Assembly (NCBI RefSeq): GCF_964355755.1
Contig: NC_092679.1
Span: 22,985,432-23,049,431 of the forward strand
Reading direction: 5' to 3'
DNA length: 64,000 nt
Origin: Antedon mediterranea
Taxonomy: Eukaryota > Animalia > Echinodermata
The translations under genes were made by a program, and so were the position numbers. The notes beneath the pieces were generated by a model. It did no database searches, was not told where the DNA came from, and worked only from the letters and a program-made list of their open reading frames with translations. Below, one piece after another: positions 50,301 to 62,300 of this stretch (the stretch's first letter is position 1; each line of letters begins with the position of its first letter).

Positions 50301-53300
50301 TCATGTAATTATGAACATGAAAATCATTCATATACAATTCAATTCAATTTAGGCCTGCTTTCAATAAAATACTGCTTTCTCTAATTTTCATTCCTGTAGC
50401 TGAGTTCGCTTTGATTTACCTTTTTTTGCTTATATTTATTTATTAATTTTTCTAATTTTATGATGATTTTTTCCCATTTTTAGATTACCTGAATCTGTTT
50501 CTATGGGCTGATCAAATCCTAGCTCTTTTAAAAGATCTCGGAGATCATATGTAGGCCCTTCGTGATCTGTTGTGGTCAGTGTTGGCAGATTTACTTGTCC
50601 GTCTGTTGAAACCAGTGACAGTAGGGCTTGAAACTCTTGCACACTTAAGCCCTGTCCACCAGGACCACCAATTACGTTTATAAAGTCATAATTCGGATCT
50701 ACAGTGAACGCTCGTTTGCGTGCGAAAGACAGGAGTGCTTTGAACATGGTTATGACGTCATCGTTTGGTTTTATGTTTTCTTGTTTTTCTTCCACCGTTT
50801 TACAAATACTGGCTAGTCGATGATTTAGTTGGCTTTTTGAAGAAATGGCAAAACTTGGATGTAAAGAGTTCAGACTGGTTTGTCTCTGGACCTCACATAT
50901 TGATAAACCTTAAAAGAAAATGGTACACCAGAGTTAGACGTTTCTATTGTATTTAGACATTTTAGAATTATTGAAAAAGCAATACCGTTATAGAATTGTT
51001 TTAAATTAAACAAAATTAGTAGAAAGACAACATAAACTTTTAGTTAGGTTATCTGCATACTTTGCAGGTGCGGCTACAGCGAACGAATTCCAGTAAACAT
51101 GTTGCTCTTTTCGAATAACGGCAGCAAGTTATGTTTGTGTATTATTGTAAAATCGTATATTCAACTGGATATGATTATGTTACCGTAGCGAGTAAGGTTT
51201 GATATATGAAACACGCTTACTGGGTTCAGCTAGGTGCTTTCTCACTAAAAATCACCACCAGACATGATAAGTAACTTACCTTTTGAACAATCTACTTGTC
51301 TATTGAGTCGATCATAGAATGCGTACGAACAACTTCCACATGAGTCCATTCTACAGACGGCAGTGTGGTCTCCCAGACAGACTTTGGAATCGCAAAGATC
51401 CCGGGGACAATCGAGATACGGAGTATTGTCGCGACACACTGCAATAGCAGCAAAGTGAATATTAGATGCAATAATATAAATATGATCATGAATGTTTCAT
51501 ACTAGGTTTTTCTCAAGTCATAAGAACATTTTGAACACTTAAGAAAGACATATGTGGTTAACAATTTTGAATATAAATCAACTACTCTTGTCTGTACTTT
51601 TATGGGATATGTATTACGCATTTGCCTATGTATTACCATCACGAACATTAAAACACAAGTAAGCCAACTCACCATTCCTTGTGTTCTCGTCATTATCATC
51701 TAAAAATATAAACAAAAAACCAATATGTTTTTCCCAGAAACGCCAAAAAAATATAATAACATAATATCCCTTCTGTTTAAGTGATTCTCTGTTTAGGTGA
51801 CCATCATCATTATTCCACACAAACTGTTTGATTTTGTCTACAGGACTGTCTCATGACATCTAAATTTAAAGACACTAAACAAATATCTTACCATTTCTGG
51901 ATGGTGGCAGGCCTCCATCTATAGAAAAAAGAAAAATTAAGTACATAATTATCCATATCCATATCCATAAAATATTATTTGATTTATGTCCACAACAGTA
52001 TTAATTAAAACATTTATAAAACAAACAGTCCTACTGTAATATCTTGAACAGTCTGGATTTCCCAGCACAATGCTGCCATGGATTTTCCTTCCTCTTCCGT
52101 CTACGCACCAGCACAGACCAGCTTCTCGCCAACATTGGGTTGTCAACCAGTCACCATTATGTGAACAACTAATATTTTAAAAAATATTACGTTAATTACT
52201 TAATACCAACTAGTAGTGAGATTTTATAGGGCGCCATAAGCATCAATTTAGTTTACGCCCATTTCAACTAACACACATACACTTTGCTGCTTATTGCACC
52301 TCATAAGTACTATGTTTCAACAACAATAAATGTTTTCTCTTTACCGAGGATAAAAAGACTGGAACAGACTGTACGGATACGGTATATATTGCCAAGACGT
52401 ACAAACAGTTTGTCCATCTGGAGTAAAGAAAATTGTGTAACATTAGTTTAATACGAACAAATAATGTGTCGGACGGCACACCCCGTAGTTAAAATAAAAT
52501 TTCAAAAGCTGTATAAAGGTCCTGGTTGTTTCAGTGACGATTAAAAAAAAGTGATTATTGGCCATAAACTTTATTTTTAATTGCGAGTACGTCCCAAGCT
52601 TACATCCTAAAGCATACCTTTCTGTGGCTGTACACATTGAGTTCCACATCCGTTGCTACAGCACTGTAAGCCAGGCCGACAGTCGGTATCATCTCTGCAT
52701 AACTGTACGCATGCGCCTATTATTCCAGAAGATGGTGGGCAGGTAAAACTTGGAACTAGAAAGTTTGATATGATTAATTTCAAATAAACAGAATGTTCAG
52801 ACCATTTTAGAAAAACAAATTACTAATAAGAAATCGGGTATTAATTTAATATGTGCATATAAATTACAACAATTTATTATAATAATAATAATAATAATAA
52901 ATAATATATTTATACAGGATAAAACAATCAGATAACAGTGTATCTGTTTTACATTGTGGTCCTGTCTTAATCAAAATATACAAAAGAGAAACTTAATTAA
53001 ATATAATACATGTCAGTTTTTTATGAAAAGAAATGAGATTTGTATCTAGCCTTAAAGGACGTAATTGTTGGTGCCGATTTAATATTAATTGGTAAATTGT
53101 TCCATATTTTTGCGCCTGCAACTTTAAAGGACGAATTCATTTTACTAAGGGTGTATTTAGGTATTGTTACATTCAAATTTTCTACTCCACGTGTTAAGTG
53201 GGTGTGAATATCGCGAATCAATTCAATTTCATTTACTAATCTAATTGGTGCAAGGCCGTAAACACATTTATACATTAGACATGCTAGGGAGAAATCTCGT

Positions 53301-56300
53301 TTCTCTTCAAGAGTTTGCCACGATAAGTTCTGGATGATGTTGTCACCCCTTACATTAATATAATCGAAGTTGTTAGTTACAATTCGAGCAGCTCTTTTTT
53401 GATGTCGCTTTAAAATATTTTTGTTTAACTCTGTCGTATTTCCCCAGACTGTTATAGCATAATCACTACAAGGCTGAATTGTACTTATATATAGAGTTTC
53501 AAGTAACGGTTTACTTAAACTACTAGCCATTTTACCTAGCATTGTTATTTTATATCCAATATTTTTACTAATACATTGAGTATTTTGTTTCCAAGTTAAC
53601 ATTTCATCAATTACGACTCCCAGATACCTTATACTATCAACTTGTTCTAATTTACTGGTTCCAATTTGTATATTTAAATCATTACTGTCAGCTGTATGAT
53701 TGTTTCTTAGTAACATAACCTTTGTTTTTTCAGTATTTATAGAGAGGTGGTTGTCATCATACCATTTACCAATGTTATCAATAATTATTTGTAATGAATC
53801 ATTTACTATCTTAGCAGTATCACCTGAGGTGTAAACCACAACATCATCAGCAAAAACGCTGCAAGTTCCATTTACTATAGACTGCGAAATATCATTTATG
53901 AAAATGAGAAACAAGATGGGTCCCAGGACACTTCCTTGTGGAACACCAATATTGATTTCTTTAAGTGTAGATTTGTTATTGTTACAGTATACAAACTGTT
54001 TTCTGTTTTTTAAGTAATTACTAAACCAGTAAACAACATTTTTATGGAAACCATATTTGTAAAGCTTAAATAACAAAATTGAGTGATCTATCGTGTCAAA
54101 GCACTTGGATATATCTAAGAAACAAGCGCCGACGACCTCTGAGTCATTAAAACTTTCTAACCAATCATCAACTACTCTGTGCAAGCATGTTACAGTAGAA
54201 TGGTTTTTCAAAAAGGCAAATTGATCAATGTTAATCAAATCAAACAAACTAAGAAAAGAAATGATTTGTTCCTGAACCACTCTCTCTATAATCTTTGCGA
54301 TATGAGCAACGACAGATATTGGTCTGTAGTTGCTCATACTGTCTTTACTACCCTTTCCTTTATATATAGGAGTTGTCCTTGCTACTTTCCAATCAGCTGG
54401 GACAAGACCAGACATGAGAGAGAGATTCACAATATGACACAATGGATAAGCAATGTACGGAGCTGCTAACCTTAACAATTTACTATCAAAATCAAGAACA
54501 TCTAATTTTTTTTCTGGCAAATTATAAAGCTTCCTTTTAATGGTATTTACATCAACATTTATAAAATTAAAGGAATATTCACTAGGTGGATTATTCCAAC
54601 TTGGCAGCGTATCGTCAAATGGCTGCGCCATCTTAACTCCTATGTTGGTAAAGTATTCATTAAAATGTTCGCAATCAATAGTTTTACTAATGTTAGATTT
54701 CGTTTTACCAGTTAGTTTATTTAGCTCGTTCCACATTTTTTTTGGATTATTTTTATATTTTATATTTACATTATTAAAATAGTTATACTTTGCTTTCTTA
54801 ATGTTAGTGTTAACCAGATTTCTAAGTCTTCTATACTCAGTTTTTAATCCTGGATTATTAACATTTACTTTGCTTTTAGTATAATCTCTTTTGTACATTA
54901 ACTTTATAATTTCAGGAGTTATCCAGGGAGAGAATCTATTTTTTATTCTTGAATTTTTTATAGGCCCATGCTTATTACTTAAATTTAGAAAGCAATTTTT
55001 AAACGTACCCCATGCATTGTCAACGTTATTAATATTGTGAATATTTTGTAATTTCTGAGAATGGGAAATATCATGCAAGAATGCCCCTTCATCAAAGTTC
55101 TTATAATCTCTATAATATATTGTTTTATGTTTAGCTTCTTTTTCCTTAAATTTTAAACAGCTGTAAACCATAAAATGGTCGCTTAAAGCTATTTTAGCAA
55201 CACCACTTAAATAGTGCTGATCTGGAATTGTTGTTAGTATCAAATCAATACAACTTGATGAGTGTGACGTAACTCTTGTTTTATCATGAATCAACTGGGT
55301 CATAACAAACATGTTTTCGATCATATTGATAGGATTTTTCGAGAGGTTCTCATTTAAGACATAATCAATATTAAAATCGCCGAGTAGTACAATTTCAGTG
55401 TTTTCCATACTAACTTTTTCAAGTAAATCAATAATTAAGTTAAAATATTCATAATTTGCATTTGGAGGGCGGTATAAACAGCATATTAAAATATTTTGAC
55501 TTTTTTGTCCTAATAGCTCCAGCCATACAGCCTCCAGATCATTTACATATAAATCAGATCTTTCTTTATAAGATATGGTATTCTTAATATAGATGCTAAC
55601 ACCACCACCTTTTTTTCCAGAACGATCTTTACGGATCATATTGTATCCATCTATATCTACAAACCCATCACTGATGCCCTCATGTAGCCATGTTTCAGAT
55701 ACACATAAAACATCAATTTTTGCTTTTAGTGCTATTATACGAAACTCATCAATCTTATTTATAATACTTCTGGCATTAAGATGAGCTAATTTCAAACCCT
55801 TACAATTTGATAATTTATCAATCAGATTTTTAAGCCCAATAACTGTTTCTACAGAACTTCGATATGTGTCCGGATTGGCCGCAATTGTAGCATCTTCTAT
55901 TGTTTCCTTGTCTGTATCCTTGTCTGTATCCTCTTCCGTTTCCTCTTTCGTTTCCTCTTCCGATTCCATTTTGCCTACGAAAGAATGTATCGCATTCTGT
56001 CCAGTTCTCAAGTTGGAGATTGCTCAAGAGTCGTTTTACTCCAGTTTCAGACAAGTGAAGTCCATCCGAAGATAAAAGAGTGCTCTCAAAAGTGTTGTCT
56101 CTATATTTGAAATTGTCGTCATTATTAACGAAGATTACGTTACTATCTTCCGTTACCGTCTTCATTATGTTATTAACTGTTTCAAGCTTCATAGGGTCAT
56201 GATTTCTGTCCAAACGTGGTGGTATACTGGCTATCTTCACTTTATTTGCCTTTTCCTTGGCAACTTTTATGACATCGGTAAGGAGCTCAGTTATTTCATC

Positions 56301-59300
56301 GATGGACTTGTCCGATGCTATGTCGTTCGTTCCACACACTATATTTATTTCTTCGACTGCTTCTTTGGTTGTTAGGCACTCTTTTATTTTTTGTAGATCA
56401 GCTCCACTTATGGATTTAATTTCCATAAAATCACTTGTAGTGACGATATTCTTAATAAGAGAATCGCCAATTAATAGTTTACCGACATTTTGTTTCTGTT
56501 CTTCAGCATTCAGATCATTTTCAGTATTTTCATATTTTAAGTCTTTCACTATTTGGGTTAAGTGGTCAATCTTTTTTTCTAACTCAATTATTTTTTGCAC
56601 TTGGTTTTCATTTACTTTAGCCATAGATTCAACGATCTCCAAAATTCGTGTGACTTCAGTTGGCATAGATCTACAGTTATAACATGGCCATACTCCTGTT
56701 ACTTCATCATCGCTTAATTTTAAACATTTTGTATGAAACCAGTGTCCACATATACAACACCTTATAGAGTCGCCTTGCGGTTTCCCTTTTAGTGGGCAGC
56801 CTGAGGTGCAGATTTTATCTGGTTGGTCAGGCTTCTTTATTTTCCCGGTACTAGGCATAGCAGATTTGTTTACAGTTTCAGCAGGTCTTACGTAACCAAT
56901 CGATTTGTAAGAACAAAAGAGAGAGGATAGAACAATAGAAATCCGAAAGGTGATCGGGTAGCGTATCGTTCCCCTTTGTTGAGAAGGTAAAATACCTAAT
57001 ATACCGGGCCTAGCGAAAGGCCTAGTCACCCGGGATAGATAAGAATCACCTAAAAAGCCAATGAAGTGTCCAAAAACTGACCTCTCTTGTATAAATCTGA
57101 CACTGTATTCGATTTCCGTTATGTACTGTCAAAATTGATCACGATGTATAACATATCTTATGTTTTATATCTTCTTTTTCTTTAGAGTGATTGCATACAA
57201 CCATAACCTTGTTCGTTTCTTTTTTATTTGTTGTAAGCAAATTTCTATAATATCTCAAACACTTTGGGCATAGTCATTTAATTTTCTCAACGTTCAATCT
57301 ACAATTAATAATTGTTAATAAGTAGAATAAATTTTGAAACAATGATAAGACACAACGTATACAATTAGCGCCCCTTAAGCGCTATTTAAATCATAAACGT
57401 TTGTTCCCCCTTTTCATCCATTGGCACTGTTTACTGTTCTTACCTGTTGTATTGCATTCGGTAACGTTCCCGTTGCTATCGTAGAATTCTGGCGAACAGC
57501 CCTTGCAGTAGTCTACACTACACTGTACGTCTGAACGGCTGCTGCAATGGTTGTGAAGACATGGGTTAAAAGGACACGTGTGTGGTTTCTGACCATCTGG
57601 ACACACCCTGGTCAGAAGCGATTCGGAATCTACGCACTGTGGTATGGCTGGACATGGTGGGGATTCACATACAATTCTTACCGGCACACATTCATGTCCA
57701 GTCGGACACATAGACTGGACCACCTAAAACATACAGAAACATGACATGTAATAATAATAGGAATATGTTGTCTTTTTTCGGGTTCTGCTGTCGTTTATTG
57801 AATGAATGTAAAAAGTTCCCTCGTCTATATTATTGTATGATAGTGAATTAGTTTGAATTATTCCTAGGGGCACTGACCTCACATGGATCCATACACTGGC
57901 ATAGCTTACAGCCACTGTAATCTCTTGCATATCCGTACTTACACTCAAGGTTGCACCGAAACGTCCTGCATAATGGCTTCAACCATCCTTCAAAATAAAA
58001 ACTTTTTTCGTTAAGTTTTAAATATTTATCTCTTTAGACCTTCATTTTAAGTTTCAGTTATATGGCAATGTCGGTTTCCATGTATGGAACGCCACAATCC
58101 ATTGTGAACCGCAAAGCCTAGATATTTAAGTTCATTTGTCATAGGTCGAGTTGAGAGAAGCCGCCCAAAAAACTTAGTTCCTAATTTTACTCCGCGTGGT
58201 GTGCGGATTTTGTCGTGTACTTTATAATAGATCGTTGCATGCGCGTCGCGTAATTTCCACGTGTGCCGCTGTCGTGGTATTTCGAGCGCGTACTGTTGTT
58301 GCGTAACAACGAGTTGCCACAGTATCTTGCCAACAATAAACATTGTGTCTTTTGCTTTTGCTGAGACAAGTACCTTTACAGATATCTCGGTCATTATTTT
58401 AACGTATCTACGAAATTACTAGCCATTATGGGGTTATGTTTGTCTAAAATTAAAGTTGAACCTGGCGCGGAAGATGGTCCAACCCATTTGTCAAGAAAGC
58501 AAGTCAAAGAAGGCAGAAAGTTTAACAGATTTGTTAGATTTTGGCGGCAAAGATCAAGCAAAGTCGGTCCCATGCCAGATGTGGGTTGTTTTTTCATAAA
58601 TGTGCATTTACATACTACTATATTAATGTTAGGCCTGTACAATAATTTCAAATTAAAGTCTTTATGTAGGCATACAGTGTCTAAGACTAGAAGGTCTCAA
58701 ATATTCATTGTTCTTTTCCAATTGATTCTCTACAGAGTGATTCGGAAACCAACCTATCTGATCATGCATCCTTGATGAGCCATGACGAAAGAGTGAACGA
58801 AGAACTATTAAGATTAAAGAATGGGAACTCAACTGGTAAGGTATACAAAATAAAGATAATGATGGATAGTGAGAAACTTAATACGTTGATGATAAAATAA
58901 TTTATATCAAACAATGGCTAAACAAAATAATTGAAACAATCAAATTACTATTTGTTCAAACTGTAGCAAACATTGTTCCAACTCGTCGGCTTCCACCTAT
59001 TGGTAACCAAAGTATGCCGACTCTTAGAGACAAGAGCACCTTCCAGATCTTAGAGGAGTTAAGAATGTCTGGTGTCATCGTTAACCCTAGACCTGGACAA
59101 AATGGATGCTCATTTGACATTGTGGATAGAGCCACACCTGTATTAGAGATGCCACGGTCATTGTCCAGACTCGAACGACAAACAGACGATGAGAGCAATG
59201 GAAAAGAAACTAAGCTTACACGGAAGCTAACAGCAGCCGAAGAAAGACGTAAAGTAAGAATATATTTGCAGCATTATTTATCATAAAACATACTCTTCAT

Positions 59301-62300
59301 TATCATTGTCTTCACCTAATCTGTATCATCGACAGGGCATTATGGATCATCACCAACATTTTAATTAATAACTAATAACTATTCCATGTTTTAAAGACAA
59401 ATTGTTACTTTTAATTTTAGGAATTCCTTCTTAAAAGAAAGCAATCACTTAATGCACGAAAGTCCAAAGAAGCATTCCAACGACAAATTTCCGAAAAACG
59501 TGAGTTTCAGGAAATGCAAAGACAAGCGAAACAAATCGCAGCCGAAGAGAGAAGACAGGTATGCAAATTCGGTTTCATAAATTTACCAAACGTTTCCTTA
59601 TTCTTTTAATTATGTAATACAATTTCTATATAAGTTTAATCAATTTGTGTGTAATTTTTATTAAAGAACCAACTTCTTCAAAAGACAAAGAAAGTGAATA
59701 TTGAGGATGTCAGAAAAAGATTTGATCGCATTGACAATCAAATAAGAGAAAATGCACAGAAAGTACTAAAGAAAAAAGATGAAGCTTGTAGACTAGTGAT
59801 GATGAAGAAAGAGCACAGGCAGATAATTACTTGTATGGCCACAAACCAGCATCAGAGGGCTGTCAGGTACAGGAAACATGATAGACTGGAACAACATAAG
59901 GTGGATTTGGAAGTTGAAGTGGAAAAAGACAACACTTACTTCGCATCGGAAGAACATTATGATCTTTAAATTTACCATTTGAAATTTACACAGCTTACAC
60001 TCATCAGACAATGTTTTACTCAATACGATGTTATATATATTTTTTCTTGTGAGGAATAAATCATAGAGATTTTCTTTTTTATATCCTGTGTGTTATTGTC
60101 TTTTTATTTCTATTGATAGGTTTTAAAACAAGGTGAAAATTGTAGTGTTTGTGAAATATCTAGGCCTGTCAAACAATATTTAAAGTTGAAAATCATTGAA
60201 ACAACATATTCAATGGCCAAGTAAATCAATTATTTTTCTATTCATTGTAAAAAAAAGCTATTTGACGACAATGATTAGGTTAACTTTGATTTTACCTGGT
60301 GTCCCTAGTTTGGAAATTTGAACAAGCTTGTATTATAATCATATTTCAAAATGTTTAAATTGTTTATCTTCTGCCATATTGTATTGTCATGCGTGTTTGA
60401 TTTGTATATTTATGCTGTTTGTTGTGATTGTCTTTGCTGTTTTAAAGAACCCCATTGGAATTTTCTTTTCGTGACTTTATGGGCTATCCTTGGTTTCTAA
60501 TATAATGTATTTGCTTGTAAATTGTTTGTATTCATATTGTCTTGTAATCTTATGTTGAAACCGAACAAAATCAAATCAATAATCAGGTCCAAGAATGATG
60601 ATGAAATGGAATGATGACGTAATATAAAGTAATCTTACTCTGGCATTGGTAGCTACTGGTATAATACGACCAAATGTTCGGGATCATCAATGTTCCGTCT
60701 TCGTCAAAACACCATATGTCGTCCTTGTCGTCATCACGGTACCGTAACTCGAGGAAATTCCCGTCCTGGTCACAATATGGCACGTAGAATCCTGACGTCA
60801 CGTGAAGTTGATCTTCATACGCAAACTCAACACTACTGATAAGATGACGTATGATTCTGCATGATTTTAGGTCGGGGACTGGAAGAAAAGTGTACAAAAA
60901 TAATAGTGTCTGTAACAGTCATTAGAATACACCTTATAACTCGCGAAAGATTTCTATACGTACAGTAAGAGTAAGACTTTTCAGTACAGTACATTTTCAC
61001 GTAAACGTAGATGGAAACAATTGTATAAAATATCTTACAGTAATACTGAAAGTGTAAAAGCGTACTAAATAATTAATATCTTAATTTACTTTTTAAATAT
61101 GAATCTCATTTATCGGTGAGAAAAAATCCTTACATCAAAAACATGTCATGGATGAGCTTAGACTGCCCAAGGATCCAATAATAAGTAGGTCACTTCAAAT
61201 ACAGGTCAACAAAAGTATTATATTTTTCATTGACCACCGAATAAAGTCAACGACCTACTTTTGTACTTGTTTGTTTTATTGTAAGAAGATTGAAAAATAA
61301 CTATAAGTTTCAAAATTAAACACTAGTCCGGATCACCTAATTATATTATATATTAGCAATATTATTATTATTTTCTCACCAAGGCAATGACACATGTATG
61401 TTGAATATTATTACGTCACTGAATATAAGCTAATACAAATCCTGAGCAATATTATTACAATTGATATGCTTATTGCTGTGTAGTAATTATTTCCTTTTTA
61501 GCTTGTAGATTTCCTCATCGACAAGTTAAGTGGAAAGCTTTTTTGTATTATAACACTTTAATCAACACTTTACTGCTTTCCTTATTGTTCAGTACAACTA
61601 TTGTTTACTAATATCTTATAAATTCAATAATTATTATCTATAATCTCGTATAGGATATTATAAATCCAAACAACAATTGAATCAATAATTGTATAGGCTT
61701 ATTTAAACTTATTTAGTTTTTATGTGAATTTGGTAAAATGCCAAGTAACTAATTATTGCTTGCACGAATAACATCCAAAACATTGCAGTTGTTTTTTTAT
61801 GTAGTTTATAGCAACAGACCATTTGTATTTAAATTAACGGATATATTGCAAATATGTATAATAATAATATAAAGCTCGAGTTATCCGTATTTATTTATTT
61901 ATTTTATGTCTTTAGGCAATGTGGCCAAGGATTACCAATAGTGAATTAATCACTGTCCTATCAGATAGGTGGTATTCCCCCTGATACAGGGGCTATTGTG
62001 TGAACCAGTTCACCGGGGTAACCCCCTACTCTTTTTCGAATAATGAACTGGGTTTCTTTAAAGTACACACAGGTTATAACTGTGTACACTGGACCTACGG
62101 TTTATAGTCCTTATCCGAGAAGACTTGTTCCACCACCAGAACTAGGAGCGAGTCGGCCTCGAACCCTTCAACAAGCTAAAAGATGAAATAGCGCGCCTCT
62201 GTCGTCAAAAAGTATTTTGTCGCGTTGCAATTCGCCAAGTATTTCTCTTAGTTTTTGAGAGCCGCTCGATTTACATTTTCCAATAATAAGCGAAATTAGT

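Larger units (their letters stand above)
52878..57090 (-). mobile_element. Apparently full-length CR1/L2-group non-LTR retrotransposon (5' boundary approximate)
   Basis: Uninterrupted ORF1 and ORF2, short 3' UTR, (TTA)n tail at ~52878-52903. Lies in an intron of the membrane-protein gene, same orientation. Confidence 0.92.

Noticed and set aside
54179-56682. Plus-strand ORFs within the LINE
   Set aside because: Antisense shadows of ORF1/ORF2 with no motifs.
60720-60740. RDDDKDD enterokinase/FLAG-like motif
   Set aside because: Short acidic loop replacing the QC..C segment of a degenerate TY domain; chance similarity and no vector context.
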